Positions 1-7,588 of a stretch of DNA of 13,926 bases are shown piece after piece. The stretch is taken from positions 1-13,926 of the forward strand of contig JAFGOA010000084.1 in the NCBI GenBank assembly GCA_016926735.1. Reading direction: 5' to 3'. The stretch comes from Promethearchaeota archaeon. GTDB taxonomy: Archaea > Asgardarchaeota > Lokiarchaeia > Sigyniarchaeales > SOKP01. The stretch's first letter is position 1; each line of letters starts with the position of its first letter. A program made the position numbers and the translations under genes. A model generated the notes under the pieces. That model was given only the letters and a program-made list of their open reading frames with translations. It did no database searches and was not told where the DNA came from.

Positions 1-30
1 AGATAGAATTTCGTTATATACGTAAGGATA

Positions 31-61
31 ATTTTTTATAAAAAGAAAAGAGAGAAAAAAT
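31..61 (-). terminator. Probable archaeal oligo-T/pyrimidine-rich terminator of the 86-709 gene
   Basis: The + strand purine tract aaaaagaaaagagagaaaaaa reads as a U/C-rich tract on the minus strand about 25-50 nt after the stop codon. Confidence 0.4.
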
Positions 62-85
62 ATATTTAATTTCCATTATTTATTT

Positions 86-709
86 TTAACCCAAATCTGA
101 TGTTGCATCCTTTAGCTTTAACCATAATTTACTAACTTTAGATTGTATTTCTAAATATTGTTCGATCTTTTTTAATTGAATATCTCTCGATCTATCGAAT
201 TCTCTTTGCGCATCATTGAGATCTTGGGTTAATATATTTATTTTTTCGTCTTCTGTCATTTTATCTTTAGCTTTAAACAAATCAAGACCTTTTTTTATAG
301 AAGTTTTTCTTTTTGAGGCCACATCACTTAATGAATTAGCAAATTCATTTCTTAAATTTACTAAATATTCTTTTTCAACAATTAAATCCTTTAATGCTGT
401 TAAATAACGTTTGTTTGCTTCGATATTATTATCATTAGCATGAATTAAATCATCCATGAACTTTGTATCTTCATTTTTAACATTAGAATTATCTTCTCTA
501 GCAAGCATTTTCATCTGGTTGAAAACATCTCTCATAGTTATCCCTAATGAATCTCTTGCAGATGTTAAATCTAAAATATTTTCAGCTAACTTCTTTTGAG
601 TCTTTATTATTTTATATTGTTCTTTATTGAGCCCAGCTAAAGCTTTAACTAATTCTTTTTCAAAACGACTTAGATCAAGTTCATCTTCTGTTGTAATTAT
701 AGGAGACAT
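86..709 (-). CDS. All-helical coiled-coil protein, candidate BAR-domain-like (three long helices)
   Basis: 207 aa, no Pro after residue 3, no TM segment. Three long amphipathic helices (about 13-72, 80-148, 153-205) separated by short polar loops. Size and layout match BAR domains. CDS is well supported, the BAR call is inference. Confidence 0.6.
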   Translation of the reverse strand: MSPIITTEDELDLSRFEKELVKALAGLNKEQYKIIKTQKKLAENILDLTSARDSLGITMRDVFNQMKMLAREDNSNVKNEDTKFMDDLIHANDNNIEANKRYLTALKDLIVEKEYLVNLRNEFANSLSDVASKRKTSIKKGLDLFKAKDKMTEDEKINILTQDLNDAQREFDRSRDIQLKKIEQYLEIQSKVSKLWLKLKDATSDLG

Positions 710-824
710 TTTTTATAATTTCTCAATTAGTTTATTTTATAATTATAATTGAATGAAAAATAATATCTTACTATAGGAAAAATACTTTATTATTTTTTTT
801 CATAGTTTTATAAAACAGATTTCA

Positions 825-1856
825 TTAAAATGGAGCAAAAGTAGTTATAATATTATCATTTGGACTAGATTTTAGTATTTTCACATTTATATTTTTTCCA
901 ATATAATCTTCAGAAAAATCTAAAGCTTTATTTATTAGAATTTTTGTTGAAAATTCTTCATTTATTTTTCCTATATATTCATTGTTCCATCTCCCTTTAC
1001 TCATAATTTCAATAGGAATAATGTCTCCTTCTTTAAATTCTAATTTAAATAGTTTTCTTTTATGTATTCCAAAATCTCTTGGTCCAAGTTTCAATTTTAT
1101 ATCATATTTTTTTTCTAGATAGGAAAGTTGCTTATAAAAATACCCCCAAGTCTTTGGTTGAATTTTTTTCAATTTTCTCCCTGTTTTATAGACAAGATAT
1201 TTCTGAATTCCAATTTGAATTTTTTTTTTTGAATATCCATTATCTCTAAGATTAACTACATATTTTATAATTTCCTCTATATCAAGATCATTCTGACTTG
1301 GAAACCATACTGGTGCAATTAGTAAATTTATTTTGGATTTTAAAATAGAATTAAAATTTTCTAATAAAAATTCAATATTATAATCCTTACTTGCGGTTAG
1401 ATATTCAGCCAGTTTTTTATTAAATGTATTTAAACTTATATTTATTCTTGTTAATCGTGATCTTTCAAGTTTTTGAATAATTTCTTGATTTAGAAGTAAA
1501 CCATTCGTTTGCATTGAAATTGTTGTAATCCCTTCAATTTGCCATAATGATTCTAATAAAAAAAATAGATCTTTATATAGAAGTATTTCTCCATAAGGTG
1601 CAATATGGACTTCAATGTTGTTCTTTCCTTTGAACTCAACAAGATCTCGAACTTTTTCCAAGAGAAAATTTGGATCTACAATGAAATTTGAAAAATATCC
1701 ACCACATTTCACAAAACAATATTTACATTTTAAATTACATAATGTTATTGGTTTAATCTCAATAATATTTGTTCCTCTATCAATGATACCTATAAAATCC
1801 AAACCAAAAATTGGTATTGCCGAATCTTTATTTATAGTTTTAATTTCATACCCCAT
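825..1856 (-). CDS. Radical SAM protein with C-terminal TRAM-like domain (archaeal COG2100-like family)
   Basis: Canonical CxxxCxxC (CNLKCKYC). N-terminal IPIFGxxxxGIIDRGTNIIEIKP signature, QTNG and RINISLN motifs. Beta-rich C-terminal KEGD...GRW...IGK...VKI TRAM-like segment. Confidence 0.88.
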   Translation of the reverse strand: MGYEIKTINKDSAIPIFGLDFIGIIDRGTNIIEIKPITLCNLKCKYCFVKCGGYFSNFIVDPNFLLEKVRDLVEFKGKNNIEVHIAPYGEILLYKDLFFLLESLWQIEGITTISMQTNGLLLNQEIIQKLERSRLTRINISLNTFNKKLAEYLTASKDYNIEFLLENFNSILKSKINLLIAPVWFPSQNDLDIEEIIKYVVNLRDNGYSKKKIQIGIQKYLVYKTGRKLKKIQPKTWGYFYKQLSYLEKKYDIKLKLGPRDFGIHKRKLFKLEFKEGDIIPIEIMSKGRWNNEYIGKINEEFSTKILINKALDFSEDYIGKNINVKILKSSPNDNIITTFAPF

Positions 1857-1875
1857 AGCAAAATTTAGAAGTTAG

Positions 1876-2949
1876 TTAAATTTTATATCTCAAAATTGCG
1901 ACAATAGATCCTAAACCCTCTAATTGCTCTCCAGCAGGATGATTGGTATTTAAAATTTTAAATTCTCCTCCAATCTTTTCAAGACTATCGATCATTTCCT
2001 CAATTCTGATTTTTTTTGTTTTTGAGGATCCTCTTATTTGTGTATCAGAAATAAGTAATTGTTTAACAGCTCCCATATTCAATGCTTTAGTGATTTCATC
2101 AAATCCTATTGCAATCAAATCAGGATCTTTGCTTAATAAAGTCATTATTTCTTCGATTCTTTCAATTTCCTCAAGAGCTTTAATTTTATCCTTCAATTTT
2201 ATTAATTCATTTGATTTTAAAATTTCATAGATTGCACTTTCAGTACCAGAGCTTGCTAATAAACTTCTTAGTTTACTGGAATAATTCATTTTTGATTTCT
2301 CTTTTAAGAATTTAATTAAATGATCTTTTATACTACCTGGGCCACAAACAATAATAAGATCTATATTTTCATTAGAGACATTTGTTTCAATAATAGTTTT
2401 AATCTCTTCAAAAAATTCATTGATATATTTATTTCTCATTGATTGTTCATATCGTTTTCCAGGTATATTTTTATTAATTGTCGCTATTTTATTTCTACTA
2501 TAGTTTGTTATTAAAAAAATATTAGAAAGTCCAGATTCAACCGCTATGATAAATAAATTAAAAGTTGATGATAGTTTTGAAATTTCTTTAATTCTTTTAA
2601 GATCCTGTTTCATCCATTTTTCTTTTTTGATCATAAGTTTTTGATTTATTTCTATATTAAAAGTATGATAAGAACCAAAACTTACGAAATCATCAGGACC
2701 TTGGATTATTCTTCCTTTTATTCTTAACCGATTTGAAAATTCATGAAAGGATATATCTTCCACATCTAATGTTAAATCCATAAGTCTTCTTTCACCAGAA
2801 GTACCTTCATTAATAATTACTCTTCTTTGAGTAAGAGCTCTTATATAGTCTCCTTTTGAAATTATGTTATAAAGAGTCCATAAATCATTTAAATTTTCAA
2901 CATTAACGGTAATTTCTCCTTGTTTTAGATTTTCTTCAAGAATTTTCAT
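1876..2949 (-). CDS. pelA: Pelota/Dom34 mRNA surveillance and ribosome rescue factor (eRF1 family)
   Basis: ENLNDLWTLYNIISKGD, FHEFSNRLRIKGRI, GSYHT, IPGKR, GPG, GAVKQLLISD and HPAGEQLEGLGSIVAILRY motifs. ATG at 2949 (MKILEE) preferred over TTG at 2958. Confidence 0.96.
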   Translation of the reverse strand: MKILEENLKQGEITVNVENLNDLWTLYNIISKGDYIRALTQRRVIINEGTSGERRLMDLTLDVEDISFHEFSNRLRIKGRIIQGPDDFVSFGSYHTFNIEINQKLMIKKEKWMKQDLKRIKEISKLSSTFNLFIIAVESGLSNIFLITNYSRNKIATINKNIPGKRYEQSMRNKYINEFFEEIKTIIETNVSNENIDLIIVCGPGSIKDHLIKFLKEKSKMNYSSKLRSLLASSGTESAIYEILKSNELIKLKDKIKALEEIERIEEIMTLLSKDPDLIAIGFDEITKALNMGAVKQLLISDTQIRGSSKTKKIRIEEMIDSLEKIGGEFKILNTNHPAGEQLEGLGSIVAILRYKI

Positions 2950-3046
2950 ATTTATCAAGTGATTTAGTATCTACTTATAGTAAAATAAAGTAAAAGTAAG
3001 AAAATAAGATTATTCTTAACTAAAAAAATCAATTTAACATAACATA

Positions 3047-3075
3047 AAAAAAAAAGAAAAATATAACAAAAAAAA
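3047..3075 (-). terminator. Oligo-T terminator downstream of the 52-aa ORF
   Basis: Long A runs on the + strand (about 3047-3061 and 3068-3075) are T tracts directly after the TAA at 3077. Confidence 0.55.
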
Positions 3076-3076
3076 T

Positions 3077-3235
3077 TTAACCTTGTTTTTCAAGAGCTGC
3101 CTTTACTTTTTCAAGCTCTTCTTGTCTTTTCTTCTTCTCCTCTTCTCTTCTCTTTAATTCTTCTTGGTCAACCTTATCTAAGGACACACCTTTTTTTATT
3201 TGGTTTTTTAGCTCATCATCAAGTTGTGGCGTCAC
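3077..3235 (-). CDS. 52-aa microprotein with a WH2-like motif followed by an E/K/R-rich single alpha helix (not in the ORF track)
   Basis: Manual translation GTG(3235)..TAA(3077): MTPQLDDELKNQIKKGVSLDKVDQEELKRREEEKKKRQEELEKVKAALEKQG. Shine-Dalgarno-like AAGGTG lies 8 nt upstream, oligo-T tracts follow the stop, and the ORF is purine-rich with higher GC than its flanks. Confidence 0.82.
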   Translation of the reverse strand: MTPQLDDELKNQIKKGVSLDKVDQEELKRREEEKKKRQEELEKVKAALEKQG

Positions 3236-3559
3236 TCTTTTAACACCTTTTATTTATTAATTTTAAATTTTATATTGAAAATTTATATTCTAATTTTTAA
3301 TTACCAATATAATAATAGTTTCATTATTAAAGGTTTTCGAAATTTAAGATACTACTATATATAGATGATTGATTCTTTTATCCTTGAAAATTATGTTAAT
3401 AAAAATCTATACAAATCTTCAAATGTTTTAAATAATTTCTTAAAACGAAATTTCCTTATTTTCTTTTAACAAGAATAACATCATGAAGAATTGTAAGGTA
3501 TTTATCTTCGATAGTTTAACTTGATTTAAAATTAGTTTATAGACGTTATAATTTTTTAA

Positions 3560-4705
3560 TTATAGATTAAATTCTTTTTTGAATAATTCTATAGGTATTT
3601 TTTCAGTAATTTGTCTATGCTCTTCTTCTCTAAAAGGTAAAGTTTCTATGATAAAAGCATCCAATTGTAAATTTTTAATTTCTTTAAGTATAATATCCTT
3701 AATTAAAATATAATAAGGTAATTCGATTGCATTATCTATAAGATTTATAAGATTTTCTGATAACTTGAATTTTTTTATGATTGTATCACATAATATCTTT
3801 AAAGAATTTTTATTTCCCTCAACAATTCCATATATCAATAATCCTTCATCAGTTATTTCTTCATAATCCTTCTTTATATTTTTAGCTCTCTGTAAATAAC
3901 GATTTTTAAGTTGATAATAATCTTTAGCTATAATCGAACAAAAATGAAGTTTAAGATTTTTAGTTTGTGCTGATATTTTATTTATCAATTCTAAAGCACA
4001 GATTTGACTATTTTTTACAGAAGCGATTGTACCTTCTTCTAGCTCAAATCCTCTTTGTTTTAAAGAGTTACTATTTGGAAAACAATATTCGAATTCATTA
4101 AGATTTATAAAAGCTGCACCAATATTATCTAAATATAAAATTAATTTTTCTAAATATTTTAAATATTGTTCATTAGGAATGATTGGTATTTCTATCCCAG
4201 CAGAAATGCCTGAATTTAGAGCATATCTAACACAATTCCAATTATCTTGAGCAGGATGAAATCTAATTTCATCAAGACCAGCTTTAGCTAATTTAAGGGC
4301 TAAATCTTTATTAAATGATATTCCATTAGAATATAGATGTATATGAAATATATTTCCTTTTCTTTCTTTCAAAAATTTAATATATTCAATTGTCTTGGAA
4401 ATATTTTCTTTAGTTAAAGGTTCTCCACCGGTAATGCTTATTCCTTTAGCATTTATATTATCTAATTCTTTTATAATATCTTCCTTTTCAGATATTCTGA
4501 GTTCATTTATATATGAAATGTTCTTATCACGCCTTTTATCAGAAATAGGGCAATACCAGCTACAATGATCAGGTTTTTGGCATTTTCCATTTAAAAATAA
4601 TACTCCTTTCACACCTCTTAAACACAATTGACACCCTAGAGGAATTCCCCTTCTTTTTAAATAAAAATTACCCTCTATTGATTTTATTATCCTATTTTTA
4701 TTCAT
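3560..4705 (-). CDS. Radical SAM protein (archaeal COG2108-like, PFL-activating-enzyme related)
   Basis: PxGCxxCxxG N-terminus, cluster motif CQKPDHCSWYCP, GISITGGEPL, FHIHLY, AGLDEIRFHP, GIEIP, FINLNEFE and HFCS motifs. Confidence 0.9.
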   Translation of the reverse strand: MNKNRIIKSIEGNFYLKRRGIPLGCQLCLRGVKGVLFLNGKCQKPDHCSWYCPISDKRRDKNISYINELRISEKEDIIKELDNINAKGISITGGEPLTKENISKTIEYIKFLKERKGNIFHIHLYSNGISFNKDLALKLAKAGLDEIRFHPAQDNWNCVRYALNSGISAGIEIPIIPNEQYLKYLEKLILYLDNIGAAFINLNEFEYCFPNSNSLKQRGFELEEGTIASVKNSQICALELINKISAQTKNLKLHFCSIIAKDYYQLKNRYLQRAKNIKKDYEEITDEGLLIYGIVEGNKNSLKILCDTIIKKFKLSENLINLIDNAIELPYYILIKDIILKEIKNLQLDAFIIETLPFREEEHRQITEKIPIELFKKEFNL

Positions 4706-5409
4706 CGCTCTTTGTATTTTCTTCTTACAATTGAATTCTTATTTATTATCTTTTCCAATACTTGCTCTGGTGTTTCATCTAAGGATAATTCTCTCTTGAG
4801 AAAAACTCCAGTTTTACCCAATTTTTGTCTTTTAGATAAGACTCTGATTCTTTCATTGACTACATGAAGACTTACTCCTACTTGTTTAGCTGCAATACTT
4901 TCTTGATCAATAATAGATGTTTCTTTATGACCATTATGTGTAGGTATAATTAGCTGTAAATTTTTATTTATTCCAGATATTCTTTCGCCTTTGATTAATT
5001 GGTTATAGTTTATTTTTCCTCCAAAAGAATAAAACTCTAAAGAATTAGTATCTAGTTTAGTAAGCGGAATTGTAATAGATTCAAAATCATTAAGATAGAT
5101 ATAATATTTAATAGCGTCATTTGGAGTTGCCATGACAATTTCTTTTTTATAATTATTGATATTATTCTCATTTAAGATGAAATCAATCTTAAATGAAGGA
5201 ATATTGTATGGAAAAATGATATCGATATCACTATTTTCATTTACATCTCCACGAGCTATACTTCCAAATACATATGATTTATAGCTTTGTTTTTGAAAAA
5301 TTTCTAATAATTTTTGTGCTTGATTTCTTTTTTCATTGAAAATCTCCCAATGTTTTTCAGAATACTCAATCTCTCTAAAAAATTCATGATTAATCTTTTT
5401 ATTTGACAT
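4702..5409 (-). CDS. DNA polymerase beta-superfamily nucleotidyltransferase (archaeal COG2413-like)
   Basis: FGSIARGDVNENSDIDI (GS..DxD) motif, ATPN, EFYSFGG, ERISGINKNL, ERIRVLSKR..GKTGVF. 4-nt ATGA overlap with the radical SAM gene. Confidence 0.9.
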   Translation of the reverse strand: MSNKKINHEFFREIEYSEKHWEIFNEKRNQAQKLLEIFQKQSYKSYVFGSIARGDVNENSDIDIIFPYNIPSFKIDFILNENNINNYKKEIVMATPNDAIKYYIYLNDFESITIPLTKLDTNSLEFYSFGGKINYNQLIKGERISGINKNLQLIIPTHNGHKETSIIDQESIAAKQVGVSLHVVNERIRVLSKRQKLGKTGVFLKRELSLDETPEQVLEKIINKNSIVRRKYKER

Positions 5410-5421
5410 ACCAATTGTACT

Positions 5422-6243
5422 TTAATCCAGAGGTTTTTTTTTAGCTTTTTCTATTATTTGAATTATATTACCAATTAAAATAGTTTCGTAATATTTAAAA
5501 GAATATCTGGCATTTTTTATTATTCTAAAGTTATTTATTTCATAGAAATCATTTTTTTTCACAAAATCTCGTTTAAATTTTCTTAACCGAAGATTCGGAA
5601 GAATAAATAATGAAAATTTACTAAACAAGATTAGCAATTTCGACTTATTTTTATCATTATTTTTTAGAATAGTATATAAATTATTTAATTGTGTTTTTTT
5701 GAAATTAGGATTAATGAGAATTATTTTTATATTATTTTTGTCAAATAAAAAAGGATTATAGTTAAGATCTGATTTTGAGAAAATAACTAATACATATTTC
5801 TGAGTTTCAATCTTTTTTTTTTCATATAATCTATTAAGTAATAGAGATAGATCATTATTCAATACATTTTCACTCAGACTATAATGAGATTTAGAAGATT
5901 GATAGTAATTAGCACGTGTAACATTATAACCATAAGAAGCTAAACCTTCCGTAATTATCTCTAATATTAGATTATGAAAGTTAGATCTAAGAATAATTAT
6001 GTTTGGATTATTTTCATTCTTTATAGAATTAGGATTGGAAATAAATTTTATTTTTTTTAAAATTGCATAGTTTTTTTTATTTGATTCATCTAAATTTATT
6101 CTCGTTGATATTAAAAACTGATTTGATATATAACAACGCCATCTCGAAATTTGTCTAAAAATTTCTATAGATGTCAAAAAAAGGATTAATAAAATAATAA
6201 TTATGACATCAACTTGAATCCAATTTATTCTAAAAAGACACAT
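5422..6243 (-). CDS. Membrane-anchored hypothetical protein, degenerate alpha/beta-hydrolase fold
   Basis: N-terminal TM helix (VDVIIIILLILFLTSI). EGLASYGYNV, YVLVIFSKS, IKIILINP, KLLILFSK and RIIKNARYSF occur in the order of alpha/beta-hydrolase strands. Confidence 0.6.
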   Translation of the reverse strand: MCLFRINWIQVDVIIIILLILFLTSIEIFRQISRWRCYISNQFLISTRINLDESNKKNYAILKKIKFISNPNSIKNENNPNIIILRSNFHNLILEIITEGLASYGYNVTRANYYQSSKSHYSLSENVLNNDLSLLLNRLYEKKKIETQKYVLVIFSKSDLNYNPFLFDKNNIKIILINPNFKKTQLNNLYTILKNNDKNKSKLLILFSKFSLFILPNLRLRKFKRDFVKKNDFYEINNFRIIKNARYSFKYYETILIGNIIQIIEKAKKKPLD

Positions 6244-6274
6244 TTTTATTTAAAAATTCATATTTTAATGAATA

Positions 6275-6589
6275 TTATTTAAGAACATCCTTTAACCATT
6301 TTAAATATTTTTGAGATCCATTTTCTATTTTTATTCCAATACATTCAGGAGTATCATAACTATGGATCTTTTCAATAGTCTCGATGAGTAATTTTGATTT
6401 CTCTTCAGTTGTTTTCATAATTAATAAGAATTCATTTCCTTGCTCAATACTATTTTTCCAATGATAAATTGAAATAATATTTTCTAAAATATTAACACAA
6501 GCAACAATTTTTTTATCAACCAAATATTTGGCTATTTTAATTGCTTCTTCTTTTGTGGGAGTTGTACAAAAATATGTAAAATTAGTCAT
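6275..6589 (-). CDS. cutA: Divalent-cation tolerance protein CutA
   Basis: TTPTKEEAIKIAKYLVDKKIVACVNI, SIYHW, E-FLLIMKT, HSYDTPEC and YLKW motifs, 104 aa. Confidence 0.96.
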   Translation of the reverse strand: MTNFTYFCTTPTKEEAIKIAKYLVDKKIVACVNILENIISIYHWKNSIEQGNEFLLIMKTTEEKSKLLIETIEKIHSYDTPECIGIKIENGSQKYLKWLKDVLK

Positions 6590-6791
6590 ATTATGAATGT
6601 TTCAATAGTATAGGAATAAATTAAGTAATAAATTTCAAATTTACTATTATCAATATTCATGATATGAACCAAATTAATACAAATAGAAAATTATAAATCA
6701 TTTTTTTTTTTTTTAAAGTGTAGTAAAAAGAAATTTAAATAATTAAATTTTTATTAATTATCTATAAATAATTTTATGCATTTTTAGTAAG

Positions 6792-7526
6792 GTGTTCATC
6801 ATAATACATAATGTTTATATTATTGACCAAAAAACAGGAATTTGCTTACTCCATCGTAAATATGGATCTATAGAATTTAATCAAGATCTGGTAAGTGGTT
6901 TTTTAACAGCGTTAAAAGATTTTAGTATTGAATTTTCAAAGGGTTCAGGAGAATTAAAGGTAATTGATATGCAAGTTTTTTATCTTATGTTAGTTTTTAG
7001 AGACGGAGTTCTTGTCACTGCTGCTGCAGATAAAAATGACGATGCTAAAATAACCCATAAAATTTTAAATGATCTTATTGATAAATTTTCAGAGAAATTT
7101 GGAAATATACTTGAAAAATGGTCTGGAGATATTAGATTATTCAAAGATTTTGATAAAATTGTTGACGAACTCCTTAAACTTGGAAGAATAGCAGAAATTC
7201 CAATTAGAATTCCTATTTTAAAAATTTATAAAAAAGATTTTAAAAAATCTCAATCTCGATTAGAAAAGAAGGGTTTGGTATTATCAGAAGATGATCTTCG
7301 ACAAGTTACAGATCAAAAACCAGAATGGACATTAAAAAGACTGCCAAAACAAGTGATTACTCAGGGTTTTTTGAATAAAAAACAATATGAAATCGTTCAT
7401 TTAGCCGATGGATTTCATACAGTATCTGATATTGCTGAGGAAGTTGGAATACCTGAATCAAAAATACAAGGAATTATCGATAGTCTTGATAGTCTAGGAT
7501 TACTTGAATTTATTCAAATAAAATAA
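6792..7526 (+). CDS. Longin-domain protein with C-terminal winged helix-turn-helix
   Basis: The N-terminal ~130 aa follow the Asgard longin pattern (IHNVYII..GICLLHRKY..DLVSGFLTALKDFSIE..F..F..W.GD...F..F). The C-terminal DGFHTVSDIAEEVGIPESKIQGIIDSLDSLGLL is a wHTH. Confidence 0.82.
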   Translation: MFIIIHNVYIIDQKTGICLLHRKYGSIEFNQDLVSGFLTALKDFSIEFSKGSGELKVIDMQVFYLMLVFRDGVLVTAAADKNDDAKITHKILNDLIDKFSEKFGNILEKWSGDIRLFKDFDKIVDELLKLGRIAEIPIRIPILKIYKKDFKKSQSRLEKKGLVLSEDDLRQVTDQKPEWTLKRLPKQVITQGFLNKKQYEIVHLADGFHTVSDIAEEVGIPESKIQGIIDSLDSLGLLEFIQIK

Positions 7527-7588
7527 TAGAAAGATACATATTATGAATATTTTTATGCAAACTTCATTATAAATTTCTATATTTTCTT

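Noticed and set aside
1-41. Possible 3' end of a + strand gene entering the window
   Set aside because: Two short open frames of 13 codons or fewer; the real one, if any, cannot be identified.
216-407. 63-aa + strand ORF
   Set aside because: Antisense shadow inside the 86-709 gene, with the F/S/L-rich composition typical of the reverse frame.
1615-1875. 86-aa + strand ORF
   Set aside because: Antisense to the well-supported radical SAM gene, no recognisable motifs.
1943-2230. 95-aa + strand ORF
   Set aside because: Antisense shadow of pelota.
3240-3559. 320-bp gap examined for further small ORFs, repeats or RNA genes
   Set aside because: Only very short frames without RBS were found, with no GC-rich stems. 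Best explained as terminator plus promoter region.
4702-5409. Nucleotidyltransferase as an MNT-HEPN antitoxin or CBASS cyclase
   Set aside because: No HEPN or effector neighbour, and the motifs match the conserved archaeal COG2413-like family.
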